Shown here: piece by piece, positions 1-9,922 of the stretch
How positions within the stretch are numbered: position 1 is the first letter of the stretch
How the letters are laid out: each line of letters opens with the position of its first letter
NCBI GenBank assembly: GCA_963814875.1
Contig: CAWFFJ010000015.1
Coordinates: 138,908-202,907 of the forward strand
Length of the DNA: 64,000 nt
Source of the DNA: an uncultured Acidobacteriota bacterium
GTDB taxonomy: Bacteria > Acidobacteriota > Thermoanaerobaculia > Thermoanaerobaculales > Sulfomarinibacteraceae
Direction of reading: 5' to 3'
The notes under the pieces: generated by a model
The model's database searches: none
Told to the model about the DNA's origin: nothing
Seen by the model: the letters and a program-made list of their open reading frames with translations, nothing else
Position numbers and translations under genes: made by a program

Positions 1-481
1 CGAGGTCGAGCCACCATGACCGCCAGCGCTCCGCGATCTCGACGTCGAGCTCGGGGTCGGCCTGCCACAGGGAGACCACTCCCCGGCCGCCGGGCAGCCC
101 GGGGGCACGCACGGCGATCGACGCCGACAGGGCCCCGGGCGGCACGCGCCCGTCCGCGGGCCACTGTGCGACTGTCGTGCCGTGCCCGTCGCGCACCACG
201 ATCAGGCGCCGGCCCTCGATCGTCGCGTCGTCGCGGGCGACCTGGGCCAGTGTTGCGACGATTCCGTCGGCGGACAGCCCTTGCTCGAGGACGGCCCCTA
301 CCGGAGTCAGAAACTCCGCGAGCAGTGCCTCCCGGTCGCTGCGATCGCGGCGGATCTGGCGCTTGAGCTGAGTCGCGGTCATGGCGCCGAGGACGAGAGT
401 GACCACCATCGCGATGACGATGCCGAGACGCATCCCGAGCGGGAAACCGCGATTGGGGGGCTCCGGCGGTCGCCGGTGCAT
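1..481 (-). CDS. hypothetical membrane-anchored protein, N-terminal part only (3' end lies beyond the left edge)
   Basis: Manual reverse translation from ATG 481-479 (alternative ATG 433-431): MHRRPPEPPNRGFPLGMRLGIVIAMVVTLVLGAMTATQLKRQIRRDRSDREALLAEFL... It has one hydrophobic helix followed by a soluble region and stays open to position 1. It is absent from the ORF track because no stop lies in the window. No family recognised. Confidence 0.4.
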   Translation of the reverse strand, partial: MHRRPPEPPNRGFPLGMRLGIVIAMVVTLVLGAMTATQLKRQIRRDRSDREALLAEFLTPVGAVLEQGLSADGIVATLAQVARDDATIEGRRLIVVRDGHGTTVAQWPADGRVPPGALSASIAVRAPGLPGGRGVVSLWQADPELDVEIAERWRSWWLDL

Positions 482-762
482 CAGCTGGCGACGCGGTTCC
501 TCCTGAGCCGGTGCAGTCCGGACGCTGGTCGAAGGTGCAGCTCCCGCTGCCGCAGGTTCCGGCTCGACGGCGGCCTCGGCGAGGGCTACCCCGTCGTTGC
601 TGGCCTTGATCGCGCCCCCCGTCCTTCCGCCACGCGGCGGAGATCACTCGTCTCGTGCCTGGAGTTCTCCGCAGCAACAGCCGTACCAGCGCGGACCCTC
701 GAGTCAGGTTGGGTCGGGACGTCAGGATGGCAGCGGAACGTGCAGCTCCGGCAGGTCGGAGA

Positions 763-1755
763 TCACCGGGTGACCAACGACAGCAGCCACCACACGCCAG
801 CGGCAAACAGAGCTGTCGTCGGCAGGGTGAGCACCCACGCCGCGACGATGTCCCGCGCGATGCCCCAGCGCACCGCCGTCACCCGGTGGGCGGAGCCGAC
901 GCCGGCAATCGCCCCGGCGATGGTGTGGGTGGTCGACACCGGGATGCCGAAGGCCGTCGCCGAGAAGATCGAGATCGCCCCGGCGGTCTCGGCGCAGAAG
1001 CCTCCGACCGGCTTGAGACGGGTCAGGCGGACCCCCATCGTGCGGATCACCCGCCAGCCCCCGGTTGCGGTGCCGAGAGCGATCACCGTGTAGCAAGCGA
1101 TGATCACCCACACCGGAATTCGGAACTCGCCGTCGAGGTAGCCCGCCGAGTAGAGCAGGACCGCGATGATGCCCATGGTCTTCTGGGCGTCGTTGAGCCC
1201 GTGCCCGAGCGAGTAGGCCGCCGAGGAGACGAGCTGACCGACGCGGAACACCCCGTCGACGCGGCGCGGGTGCACCCGGCGGAAGATCCAGAACACCGAC
1301 ACCATGAGAACGAAGCCCAGCACCATGCCGAGCAGCGGCGCGACGAAGATGAAGACCACCACCTTGACCACGCCCGGCACGATCAAGGCACCCCAGCCCG
1401 CCTTGGCCACGCCGGCACCCGCGAGACCGCCGATGAGCGCGTGGGAGACCGAGATCGGCAGCCCGATCGAGGTGCAGATCCAGACCCATACGATCGCGGC
1501 GAGCAGCGCCGCCAGGATCAGCCACGAGTCCACCACCGCGACGTCGACGATTCCCTTGCCGACCGTCTTGGCGACCTTGACGCCGAGCCCGAAGGCAGCG
1601 ACGAAGTTGAAGAACGCCGCCCACAGGACGGCGAGACGCGGCGGCAGCACGCCGGTGGAGACGATCGTCGCGATCGAGTTCGCGGCGTCGTTCATGCCGT
1701 TCAGGAAGTCAAAGAGCAGGGCCAGGGCGATGATCGCGACCACCATCGTCAGCAC
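763..1755 (-). CDS. pit: inorganic phosphate transporter, PiT family
   Basis: 330-aa polytopic ORF. FLNGMNDAANSIAT near the N-terminus and GHGLNDAQKTMG later are the duplicated PiT signature. Confidence 0.9.
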   Translation of the reverse strand: MLTMVVAIIALALLFDFLNGMNDAANSIATIVSTGVLPPRLAVLWAAFFNFVAAFGLGVKVAKTVGKGIVDVAVVDSWLILAALLAAIVWVWICTSIGLPISVSHALIGGLAGAGVAKAGWGALIVPGVVKVVVFIFVAPLLGMVLGFVLMVSVFWIFRRVHPRRVDGVFRVGQLVSSAAYSLGHGLNDAQKTMGIIAVLLYSAGYLDGEFRIPVWVIIACYTVIALGTATGGWRVIRTMGVRLTRLKPVGGFCAETAGAISIFSATAFGIPVSTTHTIAGAIAGVGSAHRVTAVRWGIARDIVAAWVLTLPTTALFAAGVWWLLSLVTR

Positions 1756-1783
1756 GGCAAAACTCCCGTCGAGCGCGGCCCGC

Positions 1784-2407
1784 TCACGAGCCCTTGATCA
1801 CGATCCCCTCGATGACGTCGGCCACGTCCTCGCAGCGGTCGCACGCCTTCTCGAGGAGCTCGCAGATTTCCTTGAGCTTGATCAGCCGGATCGGGTCCGA
1901 GGTGTCCGCGAACAGCTCGACCACCGCTGCGCGGAAGACCGCGTCGGCCTCGTTCTCGAGCCGGTTGACCTCGATGCAGTGCTGCCGCGCCTCGGGGTGG
2001 GTACGGCGGGTGAAGAGGTCGGTCAGCGCCTTCTCGAGCTCGCCAGTTGCGGAAACCAGCAGGTCCGCCTGCAGGATGAAGCCGGGCGGCACCGCGTCGA
2101 CGCCGAACAGGAGCATGCGCCGCGCTGTTGCGTCGAGCACGTCGAGCACGTCGTCGAAGCGCGACACCAGGGCGTGGATGTCCTCGCGGTCGAACGGGGT
2201 CACGAAGCTGCGGTGGAGCCGCTCAATGGTCGCGTGGGTGATTCTGTCGCCCTCATGCTCGACCCTCTTGATGCCCTCGACCGAGGTCTCGATGTGGTCC
2301 ATGTCGTCAAGCATGGCGCGGAACAGGCGCGCGCCCTTGACCATGTTCGCGGCGGCGTTTCGCAGAAGGTCGAAGTAGCCGTCGTCCTTGGGCAGGAACC
2401 AGCGCAT
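1784..2407 (-). CDS. DUF47 / PhoU-like phosphate-transport accessory protein
   Basis: MRWFLPKDDGYFDLL...VKRVEHEGDRITH...NRLENEADAVFR is the typical DUF47 (YkaA-like) pattern. It lies directly upstream of pit, which is the usual pairing. The start was moved to the internal ATG at 2407. Confidence 0.85.
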   Translation of the reverse strand: MRWFLPKDDGYFDLLRNAAANMVKGARLFRAMLDDMDHIETSVEGIKRVEHEGDRITHATIERLHRSFVTPFDREDIHALVSRFDDVLDVLDATARRMLLFGVDAVPPGFILQADLLVSATGELEKALTDLFTRRTHPEARQHCIEVNRLENEADAVFRAAVVELFADTSDPIRLIKLKEICELLEKACDRCEDVADVIEGIVIKGS

Positions 2408-2551
2408 GTTGACCTCCAGGGTCAGGATCGTGGACGGTCGCCCACACGGCGGCGACACCTGCCGTGCATCATGCCCCGATTGCGCGCGGATGTCGACTCA
2501 CCGCGCCGGCGCGCGCTATGCTTGGCGGTGCGCCGCTGCGCACTGAGGATC

Positions 2552-2920
2552 ATGGACGCTCCCTACACCCTGCCGTTCGACCGCTTCTGGGGGTGGCTCA
2601 CCGGCCACCCGAACTGCATCGTCCGCGCCGGTACACCGGAGGCGGTGTTGTACGACGACGACGGCCTCCACTGGACCTTCGGCATCGAGGACGACCACAC
2701 CCTGCTGGTCCAGGCGCTGCGCGGCAAGCGCCTGGTCGGCGAGCTCCTGGTCGAGGGTGACCAGGTCAGCTACGTCGAGGCGGTGCCCCAGGACCATGCC
2801 GACGAGCACGTCTTCGAGCTCATCTCAGAGACCGAAGCCGATCGCTTCGCCGCCTTCTTCTTCGTCCTCACCCACGGCTTCGACCCGGAGGACGCGCCCA
2901 CACACCCCCGCATCCACTAG
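2552..2920 (+). CDS. hypothetical protein (122 aa)
   Basis: Only the last 122 codons of track ORF 1304..2920 look protein-like (MDAPYTLPFDRFWGWLTGHPNCIVRAG...). ATG at 2552. No family recognised. Confidence 0.5.
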   Translation: MDAPYTLPFDRFWGWLTGHPNCIVRAGTPEAVLYDDDGLHWTFGIEDDHTLLVQALRGKRLVGELLVEGDQVSYVEAVPQDHADEHVFELISETEADRFAAFFFVLTHGFDPEDAPTHPRIH

Positions 2921-3273
2921 CAGCGCGCGTCACTGAGCCTCTTCGCCGCGAAAGCGCTCCCGGTGAGCGGTCGTGGGCTCACTGACGCTCGCTGCTTTGG
3001 ATTCGCTGCGCGAATCCCGAGGGGGTCCTGCTCAGGAGATGGTCCGAGGGCACTTGTCGTGCGGCGCGATCCGGAGTAGGCTCCCGCGCTGGGAACGGAG
3101 GACCGATGGACGACCCTGCCGGAAGTCGACACACGCCCTGACCCCGTCCCGCTGGGCCATCTCGCGTCCGCCGGGACGGACGGGAGGATTCCTATGGCCC
3201 GCCATGAAATCAGCACCATGCCTGACCGCCCGTTCGGCGCCCGCGCCGCCATGTACCCGTGCGAGGTGCTGCC

Positions 3274-4599
3274 ATGACCCCCGCAGCCGCCACGACTCGG
3301 CTCTCGGTCGACGACCTGCGCGACGTGTGGCCGGTCCTGACCCCGGCGGAGCGGGTCGAGGGCTTCAACCTCCTCGACCGCGAGGACGCCGACGACTTCT
3401 TCCACTCCCTCTCCACCCACGCCCAGGCCCAGATCCTGGAGGGGCTGCACGGCGCCGAGCGCCGCCTGTGGCTGCGCTCGCTGCCACCCGACGACGCCGC
3501 CGACCTGCTCCAGGAGGTCGAGCCCGAGCTGCGCGCGGTGCTGCTCGGTCAGCTCGACGAGACCACTCGGCGCGAGGTCAGCGCCCTGCTCGCCTACGGC
3601 GAGGACGCCGCAGGCGGCCTGATGAGCCCGCGCTTCGCCAGAGTGCGGCCGGACCTGACCGCCGACGAGGCGATCCGCTACCTGCGCCGCCAGGCCCGCG
3701 ACCACCTCGAGACGATCTACTACGTCTACGTGCTCGACTCCGCCCAGCGGCTGCTCGGGGTGGTGTCGTTCCGCCAGCTGTTCGTGGCACCGCCCGACTG
3801 TCCGGTACGGGAGCTGATGGAGGACCGGGTGATCTCGGTGCCGGAGGACATGGACCAGGAGGCGGTGGCACGACTGTTCGCGCGCCACGACCTGCTCGCC
3901 CTGCCCGTGGTCGATGCCGAGGGACGGATGAAGGGCATCGTCACCTTCGACGACATCGTCGACGTGGTCCAGGAGGAGGCCACCGAGGACACCCACAAGC
4001 TCGGCGGCATGGAGGCCCTCGACGCCCCGTACCTGCAGACCCACTTCCTGCCCATGATCAAGAAGCGCGCGGTGTGGCTCGCCGTGCTCTTTCTCGGCGA
4101 GATGCTCACCGCCAGCGCCATGGGCCACTTCGAGGCCGAGATCGCGCGCGCGGTGGTGCTCGCCCTGTTCGTGCCGCTGATCATCTCGAGCGGCGGCAAC
4201 TCGGGTTCCCAGGCGTCGACGCTGGTCATCCGCGCCATGGCGCTCGGCGAGGTCAGGCTGCGCGACTGGTGGCGAATCGTCCGCCGCGAGGTCGCCGCCG
4301 GCTTCACACTGGGGGTCATCCTGGCGACGATCGGACTGATCCGGATCGCGGCCTGGCAGGCCCTGTTCCAGACCTACGGCGAGCACTGGATGCTGGTCGC
4401 GGCGACCGTCTCCCTCAGCCTCGTCGGGGTGGTGGCATGGGGCACCCTGTCCGGCGCCATGCTGCCGTTCGTGCTGCGCCGGCTCGGGGCCGACCCCGCC
4501 AGCGCGTCGGCGCCGTTCGTCGCCACCCTGGTCGACGTCTCAGGGCTGGTGATCTACTTCAGCCTCGCCCGACTCATCCTGGGCGGGACCCTGCTCTGA
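3274..4599 (+). CDS. mgtE: magnesium transporter MgtE
   Basis: N-domain plus CBS pair plus TM domain with ISSGGNSGSQASTLVIRAMALGEV. ATG 3274 is preceded by GAGGTG (3263-3268). The track ORF starts at GTG 3259. Confidence 0.9.
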   Translation: MTPAAATTRLSVDDLRDVWPVLTPAERVEGFNLLDREDADDFFHSLSTHAQAQILEGLHGAERRLWLRSLPPDDAADLLQEVEPELRAVLLGQLDETTRREVSALLAYGEDAAGGLMSPRFARVRPDLTADEAIRYLRRQARDHLETIYYVYVLDSAQRLLGVVSFRQLFVAPPDCPVRELMEDRVISVPEDMDQEAVARLFARHDLLALPVVDAEGRMKGIVTFDDIVDVVQEEATEDTHKLGGMEALDAPYLQTHFLPMIKKRAVWLAVLFLGEMLTASAMGHFEAEIARAVVLALFVPLIISSGGNSGSQASTLVIRAMALGEVRLRDWWRIVRREVAAGFTLGVILATIGLIRIAAWQALFQTYGEHWMLVAATVSLSLVGVVAWGTLSGAMLPFVLRRLGADPASASAPFVATLVDVSGLVIYFSLARLILGGTLL

Positions 4600-4699
4600 C
4601 CCGCCCACCGGCCACGGCCTGACGCTGAGGCAGCGATGGCAGGTAGACTGGAACGGGGACGCCGCCGGCGAATCGACGGGGATTGGCGGGGGTCGCACG

Positions 4700-5953
4700 A
4701 TGCAACGATTGTGTCGCAGGTGCGGTGCGGTGGCGATCGTGGTCCTGGCGTTGACAGAATGGTCGCCCGCGGCCGACTGGGAGACTGCAGCTGCCGCCTA
4801 CCGCAGTGGCGACTACGCCACCGCCGCACGAGAGTTCGAGGCGCTGCGCGACACCGGCCCTGCGCTCGATGCCGCGGCCTCGTCGATGTTGGGGCTGTGC
4901 CAGCTCCGGCTCGGCGCGACCGACGAGGCACTCGCCAACCTGCGCCGCGCGGTCGACCTCGACCCGACCAGCGCCCGCTTTCGAGTCGCGCACCTCCAGG
5001 GTCTGCTGACCGCCGGCCGGTGGGCCGAGGCCGACGAGGCCGCGTGGGCGGTGAACATCTCGCTCCTCGAACCGGCCGAGCGCACCAGTCTGGCACTGCT
5101 CCACGCCCAGGCACTGCTCGAGCTCGGCGAGGCGAAGATGGCGGCCGCCGTGCTCCGGGCGCAGGCTTCCGAGGACGACGGCTCTGCCGCCCTGCACCGC
5201 GCCCTCGGACTGGCCCTGCTGCGAACCGGCGAGGGCGAGCAGGCGTTCTCGGAGCTATCGTGCGCTTTCGCTCTCGATCCCCGGTCCCAGGGGGGGAGCG
5301 CCCGACGGGCGGTGCAGCTCGCACGCGACCAGGCGCGCGAGGACGGCCCGTCGATGCAGCCGTGGCGTGATCGCGCGGCAGACCTCGCCACCGCCCTCGC
5401 CGTCGTGGCACCGACGTCGGACAACCTTCGCCTTGCGGGAACCACTGCCGCCGAAGCGGGCCGCCCCGGTGAAGCGGTCGACTGGCTCACGCGGGCTCGC
5501 ACGTCGAGCCCAGAGGACCCTGCTGTCGCCATCGAGCTGGGGCAGGCGCTCGTCGCCCTGGGGCGAATGTCCGACGGCGCCGCGGAGCTGCGCCGGGCCC
5601 TGGCACTCGACCCAGAGCCGGAAACCGCGCGCCGCGTCCACGGGCAGCTGGCGCGCCTGCTGGCGCGAGAACTCCAGCTGGACGAGGCCGCCGAGCACTT
5701 CCGTCTGGCCGGGGATCAGGACCGCGCCGCCGAGATCGCCGAGATTGCGCAAGCCTGGCAGTCCACGCTGGAGAGACGACAGAAGCTGCGCACCAACCTC
5801 GAGACGGTACGGAGCATGAGCCGCAGCCTCGACGAGCTCGGCGACACGGCTGGCGTCGAGGCGCTCGAGGAGCGTACCCGCGACCTCGAGCAGGAGCTTG
5901 CCGAGATCGAGGCCAACCTGGCCCGGGTCCGGGCCGCGTTCGCCAACCTCTGA
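4700..5953 (+). CDS. secreted TPR-repeat protein with C-terminal coiled coil
   Basis: Signal-like N-terminus (AVAIVVLALTEWSPAADW), repeated Ala/Leu-rich TPR-like units, and a C-terminal heptad-like LEERTRDLEQELAEIEANLARV. Confidence 0.7.
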   Translation: MQRLCRRCGAVAIVVLALTEWSPAADWETAAAAYRSGDYATAAREFEALRDTGPALDAAASSMLGLCQLRLGATDEALANLRRAVDLDPTSARFRVAHLQGLLTAGRWAEADEAAWAVNISLLEPAERTSLALLHAQALLELGEAKMAAAVLRAQASEDDGSAALHRALGLALLRTGEGEQAFSELSCAFALDPRSQGGSARRAVQLARDQAREDGPSMQPWRDRAADLATALAVVAPTSDNLRLAGTTAAEAGRPGEAVDWLTRARTSSPEDPAVAIELGQALVALGRMSDGAAELRRALALDPEPETARRVHGQLARLLARELQLDEAAEHFRLAGDQDRAAEIAEIAQAWQSTLERRQKLRTNLETVRSMSRSLDELGDTAGVEALEERTRDLEQELAEIEANLARVRAAFANL

Positions 5954-6122
5954 GCAGGTCGCCGCCCTGCACCACGAGGTCGACGTCGCCGCGGTGGGCA
6001 GGAGTAAGCGCCCGCTCGAGATTGGCGATGAAGTCCGGGCCGCGGTGGCGTCGTTCGACCCGCGGGCGCTCGGGGAGGTCGAACCCAAGGTGGCTGTCCG
6101 CGACCAGCAGCACGCGCAGCAT
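5952..6122 (-). pseudogene. 5' remnant (57 codons) of a calcineurin-like metallophosphoesterase gene
   Basis: MLRVLLVADSHLGFDLPERPRVERRHRGPDFIANLERALTPAHRGDVDLVVQGGDLL carries motifs I (DxH) and II (GD) only. Downstream the frame turns into Arg/Pro-rich nonsense that overlaps the convergent TPR gene, whose stop is at 5951-5953. Confidence 0.5.
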
Positions 6123-6277
6123 GGGCCCAGCGCACCCGGTCTGCCGGCACGAGCGGTCGCGGCCGAGCTTCTATATGAGAGCGTTATCATGGTAGTGAGT
6201 CCGTGGCGGGAGGCTTCACGTGGGTTCCAACCCTAGAGCTCGGCACATCGACCCGGTCACAGCGGACGGAGGCTGAG

Positions 6278-7135
6278 GTGGATGTCCCGGTCGATCGCGT
6301 GCTGCGCCCGGCGGACCTCGCCGAGGCCCTCGCCGCGCTCGCCGCGGAGCCCGGAGCCCGGGCGATCGCCGGGGGCACCGACCTCATGGTCCAGCTCCGC
6401 GACGGCCGCCGCAGCGCCGCCGCGCTGGTCGACCTCGGCCGGGTGGGTCTGACCTGGATCGTGGAGCGCGAGGACGCGGTCGAGATCGGCGCCGGAACGC
6501 CGATGGACGCGATCGCCGACTCGCCAGCGGTGCGCCGGCGGGCGCCTGCCCTCGCCCACGCCGCATCCCAGGTCGGTGCGTGGCCGATCCAGTGCCGGGC
6601 GACGCTCGGCGGAAACCTCGCCAACGCCTCCCCGGCGGCGGACACCGCGCCGCCCCTGCTGGTGGCGGACGCCCGGGTCGAGCTGGTCTCGTCCACAGGC
6701 CGCCGCAGCGTGCCGCTGCACGCCTTCTTCGTCGGCCCCGGACGCACCGCCCTGCGGCCCGGCGAGCTGATCCGGGCGGTGGTCGTCCCCACGCTCGCTC
6801 CTGGAGGTTTCGAGCGCTTCGTCAAGGTCGGTCCGCGGCGCGAGCAGGTCATCTCCGCGGTGAGCGTGGCGTTGCGGGCGAGACGACGCCGTGACGGCGG
6901 GCTCGAGGACGTCCGGGTCGCGGCCGGCGCCGCGGGTCCGGTGCCGCTACGAGCGCGCACGGCGGAGGCCGCGCTCGAGGGCCGGCGCCCGGATCCGGCC
7001 GTCCGCCGCGAGGCCCTCTACGCCCTCCAGAAGGACCTCGCCCCGATCGACGACGTGCGCGCGCCCGCCGACTACCGACGCCTCGCGGCGGCGGCGCTGC
7101 TCGACCGCTTCCTCCGGGAGGCCGGCGATGGCTGA
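6278..7135 (+). CDS. Mo-hydroxylase (xanthine dehydrogenase family) FAD-binding subunit
   Basis: GTG 6278 follows GGAGG (6268-6272). AIAGGTDLMVQLR and CRATLGGNLANASPAADTAPPLL are CoxM/XdhB-type FAD-binding signatures. The 3' end overlaps the next start. Confidence 0.85.
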   Translation: MDVPVDRVLRPADLAEALAALAAEPGARAIAGGTDLMVQLRDGRRSAAALVDLGRVGLTWIVEREDAVEIGAGTPMDAIADSPAVRRRAPALAHAASQVGAWPIQCRATLGGNLANASPAADTAPPLLVADARVELVSSTGRRSVPLHAFFVGPGRTALRPGELIRAVVVPTLAPGGFERFVKVGPRREQVISAVSVALRARRRRDGGLEDVRVAAGAAGPVPLRARTAEAALEGRRPDPAVRREALYALQKDLAPIDDVRAPADYRRLAAAALLDRFLREAGDG

Positions 7136-7592
7136 GCAGGTCGAGATCCGCCTGGTTGTGAATGGCGAGAGCCGGGCCTTCCGGGTCCCTCCGGGCCGGA
7201 GGCTGCTCGACCTGCTGCGCGATGACGCCGGCCTCACCGGCACCAAGGAGGGCTGCGGCACCGGCGAGTGCGGCGCCTGCGTGGTGCTCCTCGACGGCCG
7301 CCCGGTGACCTCGTGCCTGGTGCTTGCGGCGTCGTGCGACGGCCGCGAGGTGGTCACCGTTGAAGGTCTGGTCAGCAGCGACGGCGAGCTCCACCGGTTT
7401 CAGACGGCCCTGGTCGAAGCCGGCGGCGTCCAGTGCGGCTTCTGTACCCCGGGCCTGGTGATGACCGGCGCGGCGCTGCTCGAGGCCGGCGTCCGCGATC
7501 CGGACGAGGCCCGCCGCTTGATGTCCGGCAACCTGTGCCGCTGCACCGGCTACGCCAAGGTGCTCGCCGCGCTCGAGGAGGCGGGCTCGTGA
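7128..7592 (+). CDS. Mo-hydroxylase [2Fe-2S]-binding small subunit
   Basis: ATG 7128. CGTGECGACVV plus CGFCTPG...CRCTGY are the two [2Fe-2S] cysteine motifs. Confidence 0.9.
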   Translation: MAEQVEIRLVVNGESRAFRVPPGRRLLDLLRDDAGLTGTKEGCGTGECGACVVLLDGRPVTSCLVLAASCDGREVVTVEGLVSSDGELHRFQTALVEAGGVQCGFCTPGLVMTGAALLEAGVRDPDEARRLMSGNLCRCTGYAKVLAALEEAGS

Positions 7593-9904
7593 GCCCCCCG
7601 CTCGGCGGCGCCCACCCGCGCCCCGACGCCGCGGCCAAGGTTTCGGGCCAAACCCGCTACGTCGCCGACCTCGCGCTGCCCGGGATGCTGCACGCCGCGC
7701 TCGCGGTCTCGAGCGACGCCTCGGCCCGCGTGCTCGGAATCGACACCGGCGCCGCGCGCGCAGTGGCCGACGTGGTCGCGGTGCTGACCGCGGCCGACGT
7801 CCCCGGGGTCAACCAGGTCGGCGTCATCTTCCCCGACCAGCCTCTCCTGGTCGGTGACCGTGTTCGGATGGTGGGCGACCGGCTCGCGTTGGTCGCGGCG
7901 CGCACGCCCGAGGCGGCATGGGCGGGTGCACACGCGGTATCGGCCCGGCTCGACCCGCTGCCCGCGGTCCACGACCCGGTGGCGGCGCTCGCGCCGGAGT
8001 CGCCGAGGGTGCACGACGGCGGCAACCTGGTGCGCGAGTTCCGGGTGGTGCGGGGAGATCTCGCGGCCGAGAGAGAGCGCGCCGCGGTCGTCGTCGAGGC
8101 GGCCTACGAGGTCGGCGGGCAGGACCACGCCTACCTCGAGCCCCAGGGCTGCCTGGCGATCCCCGAGGGCCGTCGGCGGATCACCGTCATCGCCTCGTGC
8201 CAGTGTCCGTTCTACATCCAGCACGCGGTCGCACGCGTCCTGGACCTGCCGCTGGCGGCGGTGCGGGTCGAGCAGGCTCCCACCGGGGGCGCCTTCGGCG
8301 GCAAGGAGGACTACCCCTCGGAGCCGGCCGCGTGCGCGGCGCTGCTCGCCTGGCACACCGGGCGACCGGTGCGGCTGATCTTCCCACGCGAGCTCGACCT
8401 CCAGGTCACCACCAAGCGCCACGCAGTCGTGGTCCGCCACCGCTGGGGCGCCGACGCGGACGGCCGGCTGGTCTTCGCCGAGGTCGACGCGGTCCTCGAC
8501 GCGGGCGCCTACGCCGGCCTCTCGACCGTGGTCGCCGAGCGCGCCAACGTGTCCGCAATCGGCCCTTACGAGGTCCCGGCGGTGCGGGTGTCAACCAAGA
8601 TCGCGCTGACCAACAACCTCTTCGGCGGCGCCTTTCGCGGCTTCGGCGCGCCCCAGGTGACGTGGGCGGCCGAGGCGACCATGGACCGCCTCGCGCTCTC
8701 TCTCGACCTCGACCCGGTCGAGCTGCGGCGCCGCAACCTGCTCGACGACGACCACCCTGTGACCTGCACCGGTCAGGAGCTGCGACGGCCGGTGCTCGCC
8801 CGGGAGTGCCTCGAGCGCGCGGTCGAGCTCGCCCGCTGGGGCGACGGCGTCGCCGCGCCCACAGACGACCTCCGCGAGGGGCTCGGCGTCTCGCTCGTCA
8901 TGTACGGCTGCAACCTCCACCACGGCGGCCAGCGCCTCGACCGATCGTCGGCGGTGGTGATCCTGCAGCCGGACGCCTCGGCGATCGTGCGCGTCGGCCT
9001 CACCGAGATGGGCCAGGGCAACCTGGTCGCCTGCCAGACGGTCGCCGCCGCCGCCCTCGGGCTCGAGCCGTCTCGGGTCGAGGTCTGGCAGCCCGACACG
9101 ACCACGGTCGCGGACTCCGGACCGACCGTGGCCTCCCGCGGCGCCCACGCGTCCGGGATGGCGATCCTCGATGCCGTGCGCCGCCTGCGCGAGCGGCTCG
9201 ATCCCATCGCGGCCGAGCTGCTCGGGTGCCGGCCGGAGGAGCTCGAGCTCGTGGACGGGCTCGCCCGCGTCGCCGGATCTCCCGAGCGTGCGCTGCCCAT
9301 GGCCAGGGTCGCCGAGGAGATGGCTGCGCGCCGGATCGAGGGCGTCGCCACTGGCTGGTACCGCTCGCCCGAGCGCGCCTACGACGCTGCCACCGGTCAG
9401 GGCGCGCCGTACGAGTTCTACGCCTTTGCCTGCCACGTCGCCCGGGTCGAGGTCGACCCCGCCCTTGGGTTGGTCCACGTTCGCGAGGTCGCCGCGGCAC
9501 ACGACGTCGGCACCGTGCTCCACCGCGCCGCCCTCGAGGGCCAGGTCGAGGGCGGGGTGGTCCAGGCCATGGGATGGGCTCTGAGCGAGGCGCTCCACCT
9601 CGACCGCGGCCGACTGCTCAACCCCAACCTCACCGACTACGTGCTGCCGACCGCGGCCGACGCGCCCGCAGTCAAGATCGCGATCCTCGAGAGCGAGTCG
9701 GCGGCGGGTCCGTTCGGCGCCAAGGGGGTCGGCGAGCCGTCGTTCATCCCGACTGCGGCCGCGATCCGCAACGCGGTCGTTGCCGCGCTCGGGGTCGAGG
9801 TCGACCGCCTGCCGATGACCCCGGCCACCGTGGTCGCCGCCCAGGGCGAACAGCACCCCTACGCCTGGGTCCTCGCCCCCGTCCCGGCTACCGAACCCCG
9901 CTGA
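7589..9904 (+). CDS. Mo-hydroxylase molybdopterin-binding large subunit
   Basis: GTG 7589 overlaps the upstream stop (GTGA). KVSGQTRYVADL, HAYLEPQ and TGGAFGGKEDY motifs. 771 aa. Confidence 0.9.
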   Translation: MSPPLGGAHPRPDAAAKVSGQTRYVADLALPGMLHAALAVSSDASARVLGIDTGAARAVADVVAVLTAADVPGVNQVGVIFPDQPLLVGDRVRMVGDRLALVAARTPEAAWAGAHAVSARLDPLPAVHDPVAALAPESPRVHDGGNLVREFRVVRGDLAAERERAAVVVEAAYEVGGQDHAYLEPQGCLAIPEGRRRITVIASCQCPFYIQHAVARVLDLPLAAVRVEQAPTGGAFGGKEDYPSEPAACAALLAWHTGRPVRLIFPRELDLQVTTKRHAVVVRHRWGADADGRLVFAEVDAVLDAGAYAGLSTVVAERANVSAIGPYEVPAVRVSTKIALTNNLFGGAFRGFGAPQVTWAAEATMDRLALSLDLDPVELRRRNLLDDDHPVTCTGQELRRPVLARECLERAVELARWGDGVAAPTDDLREGLGVSLVMYGCNLHHGGQRLDRSSAVVILQPDASAIVRVGLTEMGQGNLVACQTVAAAALGLEPSRVEVWQPDTTTVADSGPTVASRGAHASGMAILDAVRRLRERLDPIAAELLGCRPEELELVDGLARVAGSPERALPMARVAEEMAARRIEGVATGWYRSPERAYDAATGQGAPYEFYAFACHVARVEVDPALGLVHVREVAAAHDVGTVLHRAALEGQVEGGVVQAMGWALSEALHLDRGRLLNPNLTDYVLPTAADAPAVKIAILESESAAGPFGAKGVGEPSFIPTAAAIRNAVVAALGVEVDRLPMTPATVVAAQGEQHPYAWVLAPVPATEPR

Positions 9905-9922
9905 CGCCATGGCAAGGATGCT

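Noticed and set aside
1304-2920. A 538-aa track ORF spanning pit/DUF47 on the opposite strand.
   Set aside because: Only the last 122 codons (from ATG 2552) lie outside the well-supported minus-strand genes and look protein-like. The rest is a shadow ORF.
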